Assembly: GCA_037440385.1 (NCBI GenBank)
Contig: JBBIUI010000003.1
Location: 4,533 to 68,532 of the forward strand
Direction: 5' to 3'
Source: Rhodocyclales bacterium
Lineage (GTDB): Bacteria; Pseudomonadota; Gammaproteobacteria; Burkholderiales; Rhodocyclaceae
Length of the DNA: 64,000 nucleotides
Every line of letters starts with the position of its first letter. The stretch's first letter is position 1. The position numbers and the translations under genes are program-made. Of this stretch, positions 1 to 10,591 are shown piece by piece. The notes beneath the pieces are model-generated. The model worked only from the letters and a program-made list of their open reading frames with translations. It searched no databases and was not told the DNA's origin.

Positions 1-568
1 CGTCCAGTGCCGCGGTGGTCTTCGCCATCTGCATCAGCGAGAACAATCCCTCCTGCATGCGCGCGCCGCCGGTGGCGGTGATGCACACGAACGCAAGCCG
101 CTGTTCCAGCGCCGCGCGCACACCGCGCACCAGCCGCTCGCCGACCACCGAGCCCATCGATCCGCCCATGAAGTCGAACTCGAAGCAGGCCACGACCGCC
201 GGAATCGTCCTGATCGCTCCCTGCATGACGACCAGCGCGTCGGCCTCTCCGGTCTCCTCTCGGGCCGCTTCGAGGCGCTCCACGTAGCGCTTGCTGTCCC
301 GGAACTTCAACGGATCGACCGGCACGACCTCGGCCCCGATCTCGAATCGCCCTTCGCGGTCGAGCAGCAGATCGAGCCTCGCGCGGGCGCGCAGCCTGCC
401 ATGATGTCCGCATTTCGGGCACACATGCAGGTTGGCCTCGAGGTCGCTCGCATACAGGACGGCCTCGCAGGCCGGGCACTTGGACCACAGCCCTTCGGGC
501 ATGGACTTGCGGGTGCCGGGTTCGCTGCGCTTGATGCGCGGCGGCAACAGTTTGTGCAGCCAGTTCAT
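1..568 (-). CDS. accD: acetyl-CoA carboxylase carboxyltransferase beta subunit (N-terminal part; gene runs off the window start)
   Basis: Not in the ORF track (open at the window edge). Hand translation from ATG at 568: [59 protein letters not shown]...[25 protein letters not shown]. It has the CxxC..CxxC zinc ribbon and GGARMQEG motif typical of AccD. ATGA overlap with the trpA stop. Confidence 0.9.
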   Translation of the reverse strand, partial: MNWLHKLLPPRIKRSEPGTRKSMPEGLWSKCPACEAVLYASDLEANLHVCPKCGHHGRLRARARLDLLLDREGRFEIGAEVVPVDPLKFRDSKRYVERLEAAREETGEADALVVMQGAIRTIPAVVACFEFDFMGGSMGSVVGERLVRGVRAALEQRLAFVCITATGGARMQEGLFSLMQMAKTTAALD

Positions 569-1389
569 GTCGTGGGCTCCTGCTGCGTGGCGGGAGCGTC
601 GAGCGCCTCGCGCATGCGGGCGAGGAAAGCTCCCGCGCGCTCGATCGCCGCGCCCGACGGTGCGTTTTCGATCTCCTCGATCAGCCGGCTGCCGATGACG
701 ACGCCATCGGCCACGTCCCCCGCCCGCCGCGCGCTCGCCGCGTCGCGTATGCCGAACCCGATCGCGACGGGCATGCCGCAGGCCGCGCGGATGTGCGGCA
801 GCCGGCGCGCGACGGCATCGAGGTCCAGGCTCGCCGCACCGGTGACGCCGGTGAGCGAGACGTAGTAGATGTAGCCGGAACCGGTCGCGGCCGCGTTGCG
901 TATGCGCACCTCGGTGGATGTCGGCGCGAGCAGCAGGATCGGGTCGATGCCCGCTTCGCGCAGCGCCCGTGCGAACCCCGCGCACTCCTCCGGCGGATCG
1001 TCGACGACGAGCACGCCGTCGACGCCCGCGAGGGCCGCGGCGGCGATGAACGCACGTTCCCCCATCGCCTCGATCGGATTGGCATATCCCATCAGCACCA
1101 CCGGGGTGAGCGCATCGGCCTCGCGGAACCGGCGCACCATGTCGAGCACCGCGCGCAGCGTCACGCCGTTTTTCAGCGCGCGCTCGCTGGCGCGTTGTAT
1201 CGTCGGCCCGTCCGCCATCGGGTCGGAGAACGGCACACCCAGCTCGATGAGGTCGGCACCGGCCGCGGCGAGCGCGTGCATCAGCGGCACCGTCGCCGCT
1301 CGATCGGGATCGCCCGCGGTGACGAACGGGATCAGCGCCTTGCGCCGCTCGCGCGCGAGCCGATCGAAGGTGGCGGGGATGCGTGACAT
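565..1389 (-). CDS. trpA: tryptophan synthase alpha chain
   Basis: 274-aa ORF: [29 protein letters not shown]...[10 protein letters not shown], a typical TrpA. It sits next to trpB. Confidence 0.95.
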   Translation of the reverse strand: MSRIPATFDRLARERRKALIPFVTAGDPDRAATVPLMHALAAAGADLIELGVPFSDPMADGPTIQRASERALKNGVTLRAVLDMVRRFREADALTPVVLMGYANPIEAMGERAFIAAAALAGVDGVLVVDDPPEECAGFARALREAGIDPILLLAPTSTEVRIRNAAATGSGYIYYVSLTGVTGAASLDLDAVARRLPHIRAACGMPVAIGFGIRDAASARRAGDVADGVVIGSRLIEEIENAPSGAAIERAGAFLARMREALDAPATQQEPTT

Positions 1390-1430
1390 GGCTCGTTCGC
1401 CGGGGACCGTTCAGGCGCGTCGGTGCGCGA

Positions 1431-2633
1431 TCACAGTTCGATCCCGGAGCGCTGCGCGACCGTGTGCATGTCCTTGTCGCCCCGGCCCGACAGGTTGACG
1501 AGCAGCAGCGTGTCGCGCGGCAGCGTCGGCGCGAGCTTCGCCGCATACGCGAGCGCATGGGCGGACTCGAGCGCCGGAATGATGCCTTCCAGCCGGCACG
1601 CATCGTGAAACGCCGCGAGCGCCTCGTCGTCGCCGATCGCGACATACTGCGCCCGGCCGCTGTCCTTGAGCCATGCGTGTTCGGGGCCGACGCCGGGATA
1701 GTCGAGCCCGGCGGAGATCGAGTGGGTCTCGAGGATCTGTCCGTCGCCGTCCTGCAGCACATAGCTGCGGTTGCCGTGCAGCACACCGGGGCGCCCGGCG
1801 AGCAGCGAGGCCGCATGCCTGCCGGTCGCCAGCCCGAGGCCGGCCGCCTCGACGCCGATCAGCCGCACCGCGTCGTCACCGACATATTCGTGGAAGATCC
1901 CCATGGCATTCGACCCGCCGCCCACGCACGCGATGACGTAGTCCGGCTGCCGCCCGGCGACCGCCGGCATCTGGCGCCTGCATTCGGCGCCGATCACGGA
2001 CTGGAAGTCGCGCACCATCACCGGGTAGGGATGGGGACCCGCGACGGTGCCGATGATGTAGAAGGTGTCGGCCACACGCGTGACCCACTCGCGCATCGCC
2101 TCGTTGAGTGCATCCTTGAGCGTTCGCGAGCCGGACTCGACCGGCACCACCGTGGCGCCGAGCAGCTTCATGCGGTAGACGTTCGCGGCCTGGCGCGCGA
2201 CGTCGGTCGAGCCCATGTAGACGACGCACTGCATGCCGTAACGCGCGGCGACCGTCGCCGTGGCCACGCCGTGCTGGCCGGCCCCGGTCTCGGCGATCAC
2301 GCGCTTCTTGCCCATGCGCCGCGCGAGCAGCGCCTGGCCGAGACAATTGTTGATCTTGTGCGCGCCGGTGTGATTGAGATCCTCGCGCTTGAGGTAGATC
2401 TGCGCGCCGCCCAACTGCTGCGACCAGCGCCTGGCGTGGTAGATCGGGCTGGGGCGCCCGACGTAGTGCTCGAGATCGTGGTCGAGCTCGGCGCGAAACT
2501 GCGGATCGCGCCGAGCCGCCTCGTACGCTTCGCGCAACTCGTCGAGCGCGGGGATCAGCGTTTCCGACACGAACACCCCGCCGTACGGACCGAAGTGTCC
2601 GCGGCAATCGGGAAGATCAGCCGGCATCCCCAT
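1431..2633 (-). CDS. trpB: tryptophan synthase beta chain
   Basis: [22 protein letters not shown]...HTGAHKINN (PLP-lysine motif). The track ORF (to 2762) is over-extended into trpF, so I trimmed it to the internal ATG ([15 protein letters not shown]). Start is uncertain by about 6 nt. Confidence 0.93.
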   Translation of the reverse strand: MGMPADLPDCRGHFGPYGGVFVSETLIPALDELREAYEAARRDPQFRAELDHDLEHYVGRPSPIYHARRWSQQLGGAQIYLKREDLNHTGAHKINNCLGQALLARRMGKKRVIAETGAGQHGVATATVAARYGMQCVVYMGSTDVARQAANVYRMKLLGATVVPVESGSRTLKDALNEAMREWVTRVADTFYIIGTVAGPHPYPVMVRDFQSVIGAECRRQMPAVAGRQPDYVIACVGGGSNAMGIFHEYVGDDAVRLIGVEAAGLGLATGRHAASLLAGRPGVLHGNRSYVLQDGDGQILETHSISAGLDYPGVGPEHAWLKDSGRAQYVAIGDDEALAAFHDACRLEGIIPALESAHALAYAAKLAPTLPRDTLLLVNLSGRGDKDMHTVAQRSGIEL

Positions 2634-3249
2634 CCCTGACTCCGGCAATGAATTCTGCCATCCTGCGCTCATCCTTGATGCCCTTCGCCACTTCGACGCC
2701 GCTGCTGACATCCACCGCCCACGGCCGAACCATGCGAACCGCCCGGGCCACGTTGCTCGCATCCAGACCGCCGGACAGGATGATCGGGACGGGGAGATCG
2801 CGCGGAATCAGCGACCAGTCGAACGCCCGACCGGCACCGCCGTAGCCCGGGACGTGGGAATCGAGCAACAGCCCCTGGGCCGACGCAAACGAGCGGGCGC
2901 ATTCTAGCAGATCGACCCCCCGCTTCATCCGCGCCGCCTTGACGTAGGGCCGCCCGTACCGGCGGCACTGCGCCTCGGTCTCCTCGCCGTGGAACTGGAG
3001 GCAATCGACCGGCACCGCGTCGAGCACCCGGCGGATCGTCTCGTCGCACTCGTTGACGAACAGCGCGACCCGGGTGACGAACGGCGGCACCGCGCGGGCG
3101 ATCTCGCGCGCACGATCGACATCGAGGCAGCGCGCACTGGGCGGGTAGAACACCAGTCCCAGCGCGTCGACGCCGAGCGAGACCGCGGCCCGCGCGTCCT
3201 CGACCCGGGTGATGCCGCAGATCTTGATCCGCGTGCGATGCCGCATCAT
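2617..3249 (-). CDS. trpF: N-(5'-phosphoribosyl)anthranilate isomerase
   Basis: [41 protein letters not shown]... is TrpF-like. The start was trimmed from the 315-aa track ORF. ATGA overlap with the truA stop. Confidence 0.9.
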   Translation of the reverse strand: MMRHRTRIKICGITRVEDARAAVSLGVDALGLVFYPPSARCLDVDRAREIARAVPPFVTRVALFVNECDETIRRVLDAVPVDCLQFHGEETEAQCRRYGRPYVKAARMKRGVDLLECARSFASAQGLLLDSHVPGYGGAGRAFDWSLIPRDLPVPIILSGGLDASNVARAVRMVRPWAVDVSSGVEVAKGIKDERRMAEFIAGVRDGDAG

Positions 3250-4040
3250 CGGACGTTCCATTCCATCGGCATGACCGGGCGGGCCGCCCCGGGAAGGTCC
3301 CAGTTCGCTGCGTACTCGACGCGGCACAGGTACAGGCCGCACGCCGCGAAGGTCGGCGCGCCCAGGCTGCGGTCGCCGCTCGCCAGCAGATCCCCGACCC
3401 AGCGCACCGGCCGGCGGCCGCGGCCCACCTGCACCAGCGCCCCGACGATGTTGCGCACCATGTGGTGCAGGAACGCGTTGGCGCGCAGCGCGATCAGCAC
3501 GTGGCTGCCGTGCTCGCTCACGGCCACTTCGTGCAGTGTGCGCACCGGCGATCGGGCCTGGCACTGAGCGCTGCGGAAGGCGGAGAAGTCGTGTTCGCCG
3601 GCGAGGCAGGCGGCCGCTTCACGCATCGCGTCGGCGTCCAGCCTGTGATGCACCCATCCGACCCGGCGGGCATCGAGTGCCGGCCGTACCGGCGCGCAAT
3701 ACAGCACATAGCAATACCCGCGGCTGATCGCGGCGTAACGCGCGTGGAATTCCTCGGTCACGCGCCGTGCCCAGCGCACCGCGACGGACGCGGGCAGGTG
3801 CGCATTGACGCCCCGCACCCACGCCTCGAGCGGCCGCTCGGCCGCCGTGTCGAAATGCACGACCTGCGACAGCGCATGCACGCCGGCATCGGTGCGGCCC
3901 GCGCAATGCACACGCACCGGCGCGCGGCCGATGCGCCCGATCGCCTGCTCGAGCACGTCCTGGACGGTGTTGCCGCACGGCTGCGATTGCCAGCCGAAGA
4001 ACGCCGACCCGTCGTACTCCAGGCCGAGGGCGATCCTCAC
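3246..4040 (-). CDS. truA: tRNA pseudouridine(38-40) synthase
   Basis: (V)[19 protein letters not shown]...[12 protein letters not shown] (catalytic Asp motif). The GTG start at 4040 forms a GTGA overlap with the upstream ORF's stop. The 448-aa track ORF is over-extended. Confidence 0.9.
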   Translation of the reverse strand: MRIALGLEYDGSAFFGWQSQPCGNTVQDVLEQAIGRIGRAPVRVHCAGRTDAGVHALSQVVHFDTAAERPLEAWVRGVNAHLPASVAVRWARRVTEEFHARYAAISRGYCYVLYCAPVRPALDARRVGWVHHRLDADAMREAAACLAGEHDFSAFRSAQCQARSPVRTLHEVAVSEHGSHVLIALRANAFLHHMVRNIVGALVQVGRGRRPVRWVGDLLASGDRSLGAPTFAACGLYLCRVEYAANWDLPGAARPVMPMEWNVR

Positions 4041-4621
4041 AGCAGCCAGCAGGCCAGCGCGACGCCCGCCACCGCGGCCGCCGCCGCGAGGTCCGCGCGG
4101 CCCGGCCGCGCCGGTGCGCGCAGCCGGATCACCTGGGGTTCGCACGCGGCCGGCGCCAGCCATTCGCGCCAGCCAGTGTTCCCGTCCTCGACGTTGCGCA
4201 GCACCAGCGTCAGGCGCACCGCCAGCGTCTCGCGCACCCGTCCGAACGGCGCGAGCAGCGCATGCAGGCCGGCGACGATGTCCTCGGCCGGAGTACGGGC
4301 GACCAGCAGCGAGACCAGCGCGATGATCGCGACGAGCCGCATGACATGAACGGCCGCGAGCTGCACGCCTTCGCGGGTGGGCCCGAGTGCGCCGAGCTCG
4401 GGAAACAGGTAGAGGCCGGCGCTGCCCCACGCGAAGAACACCGCGAGCGCGGCGAGCAGCCAGACGGAACGCGACAGCAGGCGGACGAAACGGGCGGCGG
4501 AAAACAGGCCGGCGGCGATCACACAGGCCAGTGATGCCATCAGCATGAAGGCCGGTGCGGCGAGTTGCAACAGCACGATCACCGCCGTCCACAGCAGCAG
4601 CCGCAGCCCGGGGTGAAACAT
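4037..4621 (-). CDS. hypothetical polytopic inner-membrane protein (4-5 hydrophobic helices)
   Basis: 194-aa ORF with clear hydrophobic segments ([33 protein letters not shown]; [21 protein letters not shown]; [16 protein letters not shown]). It is wedged between fimV and truA with coupled stop/start. I recognise no family. Confidence 0.5.
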   Translation of the reverse strand: MFHPGLRLLLWTAVIVLLQLAAPAFMLMASLACVIAAGLFSAARFVRLLSRSVWLLAALAVFFAWGSAGLYLFPELGALGPTREGVQLAAVHVMRLVAIIALVSLLVARTPAEDIVAGLHALLAPFGRVRETLAVRLTLVLRNVEDGNTGWREWLAPAACEPQVIRLRAPARPGRADLAAAAAVAGVALACWLL

Positions 4622-4630
4622 CGCCGCGCC

Positions 4631-7423
4631 TCAGCCGAGGCGGCTCAGCATCTCGCGCGCGCGCTGTTGCTCGGAGGCATTGCCTTCCTTGAGAACCTCG
4701 TCGAGCAGTTCCCGCGCGCCTTCCTTGTCGCCCATCTCCTCGTAGGCCTTCGCGAGCTCGATCTTGGTGGCGACCTCGGAAATCTCCTCCGCGCCCGCGT
4801 CCGCCGGCGGCGCCGACAGATCGAGGTTGATCCCCGACAGACCGAGCCGCGGCGCGGCCGGTGCTGCGGGCTCGCCTGCCGGCGCGGCATTGTTCGCCTC
4901 GTCGAGCTTGAAGTTGAAATCGAGCACACCGCCGCCGATGTCGGTCTTCTCGAGATCGACGACCGGCGCGGTAGGCGCCCCGGCACGCTCGCCTTCGACG
5001 AACTGCATGACGTCCGCACCGATGTCGGTCTTCTCGAGATCGACGACCTGCGCGGCAGGCGCGGATTTGACGGGCGCCTGATCGAGCTCGAAATCGATGA
5101 TGTTGCCGCCGATGTCGGTCGCTTCGAGATCGATCGAAGCATCCGGCGCCTGCGGCCTCGCGGCACCCGGTTCCAGATCGAGGTCGATCGCGGCGAGTTG
5201 CTGCGTCTTCGTCGCGGCATCGAGCGGAAGATCGATCGAAGGTTTGCCGCCCGCCCCCGCGCCCGGTTCCAGCACGACCGTCTTCTCGGCGGCGAGCGCC
5301 TCGGCCGGCCGCGGCGTGGTCAACGTCGCGGAGAAATCGAGCCCGAGATCGAAATCGACGTCAGCGACCGGCGCCGGCGTCGCCGTGGCGGCGGGCTGAG
5401 CGAGATCGAGGGGAGCCGCGCCGGCGTCGGCGAGCGGCGACCGGTCCAGGATGACCGTCTTGTCTTCTCTGTCCCCCGACACCGCGGCCGCGATCTGGCC
5501 GGCGTCACCCGGCATCGTCCAGGTGTCGCGCAGCTTGTCGGGCGAGGATACGACGATGGTCTTTTCGGTGAAGCGCGTCTCCTCGGCCGGGGCCGGCGCC
5601 GCGGCGCCGAACAGCGCGTTGGTCGGATCGAGTTTCCTGCCCATCGCCGCGGCCTTGTCCCACTCCGGCCCCTTGCCGCCGGTGGCCGCATACAGCTCGG
5701 TGGCGAGCGCGTCGAACCGCTTGACGTCCTTGCGCTGCGCGTAGATTTCGAGCAGCTTCACGTGGATCGCATGGCGCGTCGGTTCGCTCTTGAGCGCATC
5801 GAGCAGGATTTCTTCGGCCTGCGCATCGCGCCCGTAGGCCATGTAGACGTCCGCCTCCGCGACCGGATCGACCCCTTCGTCGGTATCGATCGAACTGAGT
5901 CCGGACTGGCTGAAGTCGGTCTGGACCGAACTGCTCGTCGTATCCACGCTCTGGCCGCCGGCTGCACCGAAACTCGCTTGCGCGACCGGTGCGGTCGTCG
6001 CACCCGCAGTCACCGCAGCGCCTGGTTCAGCCGAGCGCCTGCGCAGCCGGTAGCCGAGCAATCCGAGCAGGGCGAGGATCACGGCGCCCAGACCCCAGCC
6101 CGCCGGACCGCCGAACAACCCGGACAGGAAGCCGGGTTCTTCGCGCTGCGGCGCAGCCGGTTTCGCAGCCTCCGGTTTCGCAGCCTCCGGTTTCGCTGCG
6201 ACGGGAGGCGGGGCCGACACGGTCGGCTGCGGCGCCTGCGCCGCCGGTGCAGCCTCCGGCGCCTTCGCCGGTGCCGCTGCCTGCGGCGTGCCCGCCTGGC
6301 CTTGCAACCGTGCGAGATTCTGATTCTTCAGTTCGAGCAGCTGCTGGAGCTCGCGTACGCTCTTCTCCAGTTCGGCCAGCCGGCCGTTTGCGTCCTTCAG
6401 CGACTTTTCCTTCGCGACGAGGTCTTCCTCCAGCGCGGTGATCCGCGCCTGCGCCGCACGATCCGTCGTGGCGGCCGCTCCCCCCGCGGCCTTGCCGGCC
6501 GCTTCCGCCCTGGAGACCTTGAGCTGATCGACGGCCTCGGCGGCTGCCGCAGGCTTCTCCTCGACGCGCGGTGCCAGCTTGCCGGCTGCGGCCTGCGTGG
6601 CCGGAGCTTCCTTCGGGGCCGGTGCCGCGGCCACCGCCTGGGAGAGCTTCTGTCGATAGGCTCTGAACTCCGCGGCCTGTGCGAGCACGATCCGCCGGGC
6701 TTCCGGCGCCGCGACCGCGGCGGCCGTGTCCCGCTCCGGGATGTTCAGGATGCGACCGGCGCGCAGGCGGCTCATGTTGCCGTCGAAGGCCTGCGGATTG
6801 GCCCGGAAGATCGCAACCAGCATCTGGTCCAGCGTCACGCCTTGCGGCTTCGTTTCGCTCGCGATGCTGTGCAGCGTCTCGCCGCGCCTGACTTCGTGCG
6901 CCGTCTGCGCCGCCCTCGCCGCGGCGGGCGAAGGCGTTGCCGCAACGGGTCTGCCGGGGATGACCTGGCTCACCGCCGGTGCCGCGACCGGCGCGACGAC
7001 CGGCGCCGCCGGTTGCCGGGCGACGGGCAGGTTCGGCGGATCGAGCAGGAACGTGTATTCACGCACCAGCCGCCCCGAGGCCCAATTGAGCTCGACCAGG
7101 ATGGACAGGAAGGGATCATCGACCGGGCGATCGGTCGTGATGCGAATCACCGGCCTGCCGTCGCGCCGCTGCACGAGCGCCATCTTCACGGTGCCCAGCA
7201 CGGGGGAATATTCCATACCGGCCTGCCGGAACGCTTCCGGCGCCGCCATGCGGACGGCGGCCGAAGACAACTCGTCGCGCGCCGCCGATAGTTCGACCTC
7301 CGCATGCAGCGGCTGCCCCAGGCCGCTCAGAACTGTGAGTTTTCCCAGTCCGGCCGCCTGCGCGGACCCGGAAAAACCGGCAATCGCAAGCGTCACGGCC
7401 GCGGCCGCCAGCGTAGGTTTCAT
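4631..7423 (-). CDS. fimV: FimV-like peptidoglycan-binding pilus/motility scaffold protein
   Basis: Signal peptide ([23 protein letters not shown]), LysM-like segment ([15 protein letters not shown]...[11 protein letters not shown]), coiled coil, Pro/Ala-rich linker, TM helix, acidic repeats, and a C-terminal TPR-like FimV motif ([27 protein letters not shown]). Canonical asd-fimV-truA neighbourhood. ATG at 7423 is preferred over the GTG at 7438. Confidence 0.85.
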   Translation of the reverse strand: MKPTLAAAAVTLAIAGFSGSAQAAGLGKLTVLSGLGQPLHAEVELSAARDELSSAAVRMAAPEAFRQAGMEYSPVLGTVKMALVQRRDGRPVIRITTDRPVDDPFLSILVELNWASGRLVREYTFLLDPPNLPVARQPAAPVVAPVAAPAVSQVIPGRPVAATPSPAAARAAQTAHEVRRGETLHSIASETKPQGVTLDQMLVAIFRANPQAFDGNMSRLRAGRILNIPERDTAAAVAAPEARRIVLAQAAEFRAYRQKLSQAVAAAPAPKEAPATQAAAGKLAPRVEEKPAAAAEAVDQLKVSRAEAAGKAAGGAAATTDRAAQARITALEEDLVAKEKSLKDANGRLAELEKSVRELQQLLELKNQNLARLQGQAGTPQAAAPAKAPEAAPAAQAPQPTVSAPPPVAAKPEAAKPEAAKPAAPQREEPGFLSGLFGGPAGWGLGAVILALLGLLGYRLRRRSAEPGAAVTAGATTAPVAQASFGAAGGQSVDTTSSSVQTDFSQSGLSSIDTDEGVDPVAEADVYMAYGRDAQAEEILLDALKSEPTRHAIHVKLLEIYAQRKDVKRFDALATELYAATGGKGPEWDKAAAMGRKLDPTNALFGAAAPAPAEETRFTEKTIVVSSPDKLRDTWTMPGDAGQIAAAVSGDREDKTVILDRSPLADAGAAPLDLAQPAATATPAPVADVDFDLGLDFSATLTTPRPAEALAAEKTVVLEPGAGAGGKPSIDLPLDAATKTQQLAAIDLDLEPGAARPQAPDASIDLEATDIGGNIIDFELDQAPVKSAPAAQVVDLEKTDIGADVMQFVEGERAGAPTAPVVDLEKTDIGGGVLDFNFKLDEANNAAPAGEPAAPAAPRLGLSGINLDLSAPPADAGAEEISEVATKIELAKAYEEMGDKEGARELLDEVLKEGNASEQQRAREMLSRLG
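4935..5138. repeat. three copies (two identical 30-mers, one degenerate) of ccgatgtcggtcttctcgagatcgacgacc at 84-90 bp period inside fimV
   Basis: Copies at 4935-4964, 5019-5048 and 5109-5138. They encode the [11 protein letters not shown] acidic repeat. Confidence 0.85.
6153..6194. repeat. in-frame 15-bp tandem repeat (gcagcctccggtttc, 2 full copies plus 1 degenerate) inside fimV
   Basis: Read directly from the sequence. It encodes [13 protein letters not shown] in the Pro/Ala linker. Confidence 0.85.
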
Positions 7424-7550
7424 GATCCTTTTGCCCACTGCAGCTCCCTGGGGGGTACGATGCCCGAAACCAAAAATAACATCATGCAGTTACGCATGCA
7501 AGCTGAACCCGCTTCGAGACTCGGGCAGCCATCCGCCAGCGTGGCCGCCG

Positions 7551-8666
7551 TCACGGCTCCACGAGGATGCGCAACATGCGGCGCAACGGTTCGGCCGCGC
7601 CCCACAGCAACTGGTCGCCGACCGTGAAGGCGGCGAGGAGCTCGCCGCCGCCCATCGACAGCTTGCGCACGCGCCCGACCGGCACCGACAGCGTACCGGT
7701 GACCGCCGCAGGAGTGAGCTCTCGCACGCTCGCCTCGCGCTCGTTGGCGATGAGCTTCACCCACGGGTTCGCGCCGGAAATCATTCGTTCTATTTCGGCC
7801 AACGGCACGTCCCTCTTGAGCTTGATCGTCAATGCCTGGCTGTGGCAGCGCATCGCGCCGATGCGCACGCACAGCCCATCGACCGGTATCGGATCGCGCT
7901 CGCGGCCGAGTATCTTGTTGCACTCCGCCTGCCCCTTCCATTCCTCGCGGCTTCGCCCGTTGCCGAGATCCTGATCGATCCACGGGATCACGCTGCCGGC
8001 GAGCGGCGCGCCGAAGCGTGCGGTCGGGAAGCCTTCTGCGCGCAGCGCGGCGGTGACCTCGCGGTCGATCGCGAGGATCGCCGAGGACGGGTCGGCGAGC
8101 AGCGCGGCCGCTGCGCCGTGCAGCGCGCCCATCTGTGCGAGCAGCTCGCGCACATGCTGCGCGCCGGCTCCCGAAGCGGCCTGGTAGGTCATCGCGCTGA
8201 CCCACTCGACGAGGCCGTGGCGGAACAACCCCGCGAGTCCCATCAGCATCAGCGACACGGTGCAGTTGCCGCCGATGTAGTTGCGCACGCCCCGGTCGAG
8301 CGCACGCCGGATCACGTCGTCATTGACCGGGTCCAGAATGATGACGGCATCCTCGCGCATGCGCAGCGCCGACGCCGCGTCGATCCAGTAGCCGTTCCAG
8401 CCGGCCGCCCGGAGCTTCGGGAAGACCTCGCGCGTGTACTCGCCGCCCTGGCACGAGACGATGATCTCCATCGCTTCCAGCGCTTCGATGCTCCTGGCAT
8501 CGAGCAGCGCGGGCAGCGCGCGGCCGATGTCCGGCGCTTGCCCGCCGGGTTGCGACGCGGAGTAGAACACCGGCTCGATCGCGTCGAAATCGTGCTCCGC
8601 GGCCATGCGCTGCATCAGCACCGAGCCCACCATCCCGCGCCAGCCCACGAATCCGACCCGCTTCAT
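7551..8666 (-). CDS. asd: aspartate-semialdehyde dehydrogenase
   Basis: [21 protein letters not shown]...[11 protein letters not shown] (active-site Cys). GGAGAG Shine-Dalgarno lies before the ATG at 8666. The track ORF is 21 codons too long. Confidence 0.95.
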   Translation of the reverse strand: MKRVGFVGWRGMVGSVLMQRMAAEHDFDAIEPVFYSASQPGGQAPDIGRALPALLDARSIEALEAMEIIVSCQGGEYTREVFPKLRAAGWNGYWIDAASALRMREDAVIILDPVNDDVIRRALDRGVRNYIGGNCTVSLMLMGLAGLFRHGLVEWVSAMTYQAASGAGAQHVRELLAQMGALHGAAAALLADPSSAILAIDREVTAALRAEGFPTARFGAPLAGSVIPWIDQDLGNGRSREEWKGQAECNKILGRERDPIPVDGLCVRIGAMRCHSQALTIKLKRDVPLAEIERMISGANPWVKLIANEREASVRELTPAAVTGTLSVPVGRVRKLSMGGGELLAAFTVGDQLLWGAAEPLRRMLRILVEP

Positions 8667-8706
8667 TTCCGCTCTCCGTACCCGTCCATCCGCCTTGCGA
8701 CCCGCC

Positions 8707-9768
8707 TCACAGCGCCGCGAGGACCGCATCGCCCATCTGTGCGGTACCCACCGCAGCCATGCCGGGCTCGCACAGGTCGGCCGTGCGAACGCCGCTCGCG
8801 AGCACCTTCCTGACCGCAGCCTCGATGCGCGCGGCCGCCTCCTCGTGCCCGAACGAGTGGCGCAGCATCATCGCCGCCGACAGGATCGTCGCGAGCGGGT
8901 TGGCGACGCCCCGGCCCGCGATGTCGGGCGCCGAACCGTGTATCGGCTCGTACAGCCCCTTGCCACGGCTGTCGAGCGAGGCCGACGGCAGCATGCCGAT
9001 GGAACCGGTCAGCATCGACGCCTCGTCGGAGAGGATGTCGCCGAACAGATTGCCCGTCAGCAGCACGTCGAACTGCTTCGGGTTGCGCACGAGCTGCATC
9101 GCGGCATTGTCGACGAGCATGTGGGTCAGCGCCACATCCGGGTACTCGCGCGCGGTCTCGATGACGACGTCACGCCAGAGCTGGGTCGCCTCGAGCACGT
9201 TCATCTTGTCGATCGAGCACAGCCTGCTCGAGCGTCTGCGCGCGGCATCGAAGGCGACGCGGGCGATGCGGCGGATCTCGGACTCCGAATAGACCATCGT
9301 GTTGAATCCGACCCGCTCGCCGTGTTCGGTACGGATGCCGCGCGGCTCGCCGAAGTAGATGTCGCCGGTCAGCTCGCGCACGACCAGCAGGTCCAGTCCG
9401 GCGACCACCTCCGGCTTGAGCGTCGAGGCGTTCGCGAGCTCCGGGTAGAGCACGGCCGGGCGCAGGTTCGCGAACAGGCCGAGATCCTTGCGGATCGCGA
9501 GCAAGCCCCGCTCGGGTCGCTGCGCACGCGGCAACGCATCGTACTTCGGCGCGCCCACCGCTCCGAGCAGCACCGCGTCCGCGCTGCGCGCGAGATCCCG
9601 GGTCGACTCCGGATAGGGATCGCCCTGCGCATCCACCGCGCAGCCGCCGAGCAGCGCGTGTTCCGTTTCGATCGGAAGCCCGTCGGCGCGCAGCCGCTCG
9701 AGCACGCGCACGGCCTGCGCGACGATCTCCGGCCCGATGCCGTCACCCGGCAGGATGCAGATCTTCAT
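8707..9768 (-). CDS. leuB: 3-isopropylmalate dehydrogenase
   Basis: [23 protein letters not shown]...[26 protein letters not shown], a typical LeuB. Confidence 0.95.
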   Translation of the reverse strand: MKICILPGDGIGPEIVAQAVRVLERLRADGLPIETEHALLGGCAVDAQGDPYPESTRDLARSADAVLLGAVGAPKYDALPRAQRPERGLLAIRKDLGLFANLRPAVLYPELANASTLKPEVVAGLDLLVVRELTGDIYFGEPRGIRTEHGERVGFNTMVYSESEIRRIARVAFDAARRRSSRLCSIDKMNVLEATQLWRDVVIETAREYPDVALTHMLVDNAAMQLVRNPKQFDVLLTGNLFGDILSDEASMLTGSIGMLPSASLDSRGKGLYEPIHGSAPDIAGRGVANPLATILSAAMMLRHSFGHEEAAARIEAAVRKVLASGVRTADLCEPGMAAVGTAQMGDAVLAAL

Positions 9769-9787
9769 CGTTTCGCCGAACCGGCCT

Positions 9788-10429
9788 TCACCGGGAAAAG
9801 AGCCACGGCTGCTCGATCCGGCGGCGCGCCTCGAACCGGGCGATCTCGTCGCGATGGCGCAGCGTCAGGCCGATGTCATCGAGCCCGTCGAGCAGGCAAT
9901 CCTTGCGGTAGGAATCGATCTCGAATCCGGTGGCGCGCCCGTCGGGGCGGGTCACGGTCTGCGCCGCGAGGTCGATCGCGAGCCGGTAACCGGGCCGCGC
10001 GGCGACCGCCGCGAACAGCTCGTCGATCTCGGCGGCGGGCAGCCGGATCGGCAGCAGGCCGTTCTTGAGGCAGTTGTCGTAGAAGATGTCGGCGAAGCTC
10101 GTCGCGAGCAGCGCACGGAATCCGTAATCGAGCAGCGCCCACGGCGCGTGCTCGCGCGAGGAGCCGCAGCCGAAATTCTCGCGCGCGAGCAGGATCGACG
10201 CGCCGCGGTAGCGCGGCTGGTTGAGCACGAAATCCGGATTGAGCGGCCTGCCCGCGCAATCCTGCCCCGGCTCGCCGCGGTCCAGATAGCGCAGCTCGTC
10301 GAACAGGTACGGGCCGAACCCGGTGCGCCGGATCGACTTCAGGAACTGCTTAGGGATGATCGCATCGGTGTCGACGTTGCTGCGGTCGATCGGCGCGACG
10401 ATCCCTTCATGCCGTCTGAATGGTTCCAT
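9788..10429 (-). CDS. leuD: 3-isopropylmalate dehydratase small subunit
   Basis: [31 protein letters not shown]...[16 protein letters not shown]. Confidence 0.95.
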   Translation of the reverse strand: MEPFRRHEGIVAPIDRSNVDTDAIIPKQFLKSIRRTGFGPYLFDELRYLDRGEPGQDCAGRPLNPDFVLNQPRYRGASILLARENFGCGSSREHAPWALLDYGFRALLATSFADIFYDNCLKNGLLPIRLPAAEIDELFAAVAARPGYRLAIDLAAQTVTRPDGRATGFEIDSYRKDCLLDGLDDIGLTLRHRDEIARFEARRRIEQPWLFSR

Positions 10430-10441
10430 CCCTTCGTTCCA

Positions 10442-10570
10442 TCACTTCGCCGACTTCTCGATCACCTCGCCGCCCTTCCTGATGTCCTTGCCGAGCCCCT
10501 GCACGGTGTTGCAGCCCGCGATCAGCATCATCAACGCCACCACGGCAGTGAGCAGCCGTCCGTTACGCAT
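10442..10570 (-). CDS. entericidin EcnA/EcnB-family small lipoprotein (42 aa)
   Basis: Below the ORF-track size cutoff; hand translated: MRNGRLLTAVVALMMLIAGCNTVQGLGKDIRKGGEVIEKSAK. It has an L-I-A-G-C lipobox followed by the CNT-x-x-G-x-G-x-DI pattern of E. coli EcnA/EcnB. GAGGAGG Shine-Dalgarno 5 nt upstream of the ATG. Confidence 0.7.
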   Translation of the reverse strand: MRNGRLLTAVVALMMLIAGCNTVQGLGKDIRKGGEVIEKSAK

Positions 10571-10591
10571 GTCCGTCCTCCTCGCCCGCGA

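Noticed and set aside
1431-2762. N-terminal extensions of track ORFs (trpB to 2762, trpF to 3564, truA to 4592, asd to 8729, tatC to 21903, hisF to 24446, hisA to 25437, hisB to 26563, hisD to 29617, mlaC to 33950, mlaF to 37016, antiporter to 58252, phasin from 61044, and others)
   Set aside because: The extensions overlap upstream genes, are Arg/Pro-rich, and precede the point where the conserved family N-terminus begins. Internal starts with Shine-Dalgarno sequences or stop/start overlaps were chosen instead.
4565-7291. 908-aa plus-strand ORF
   Set aside because: It is antisense to fimV, which has a signal peptide, LysM, TM helix and C-terminal FimV motif. The ORF's product is Arg-rich low complexity.
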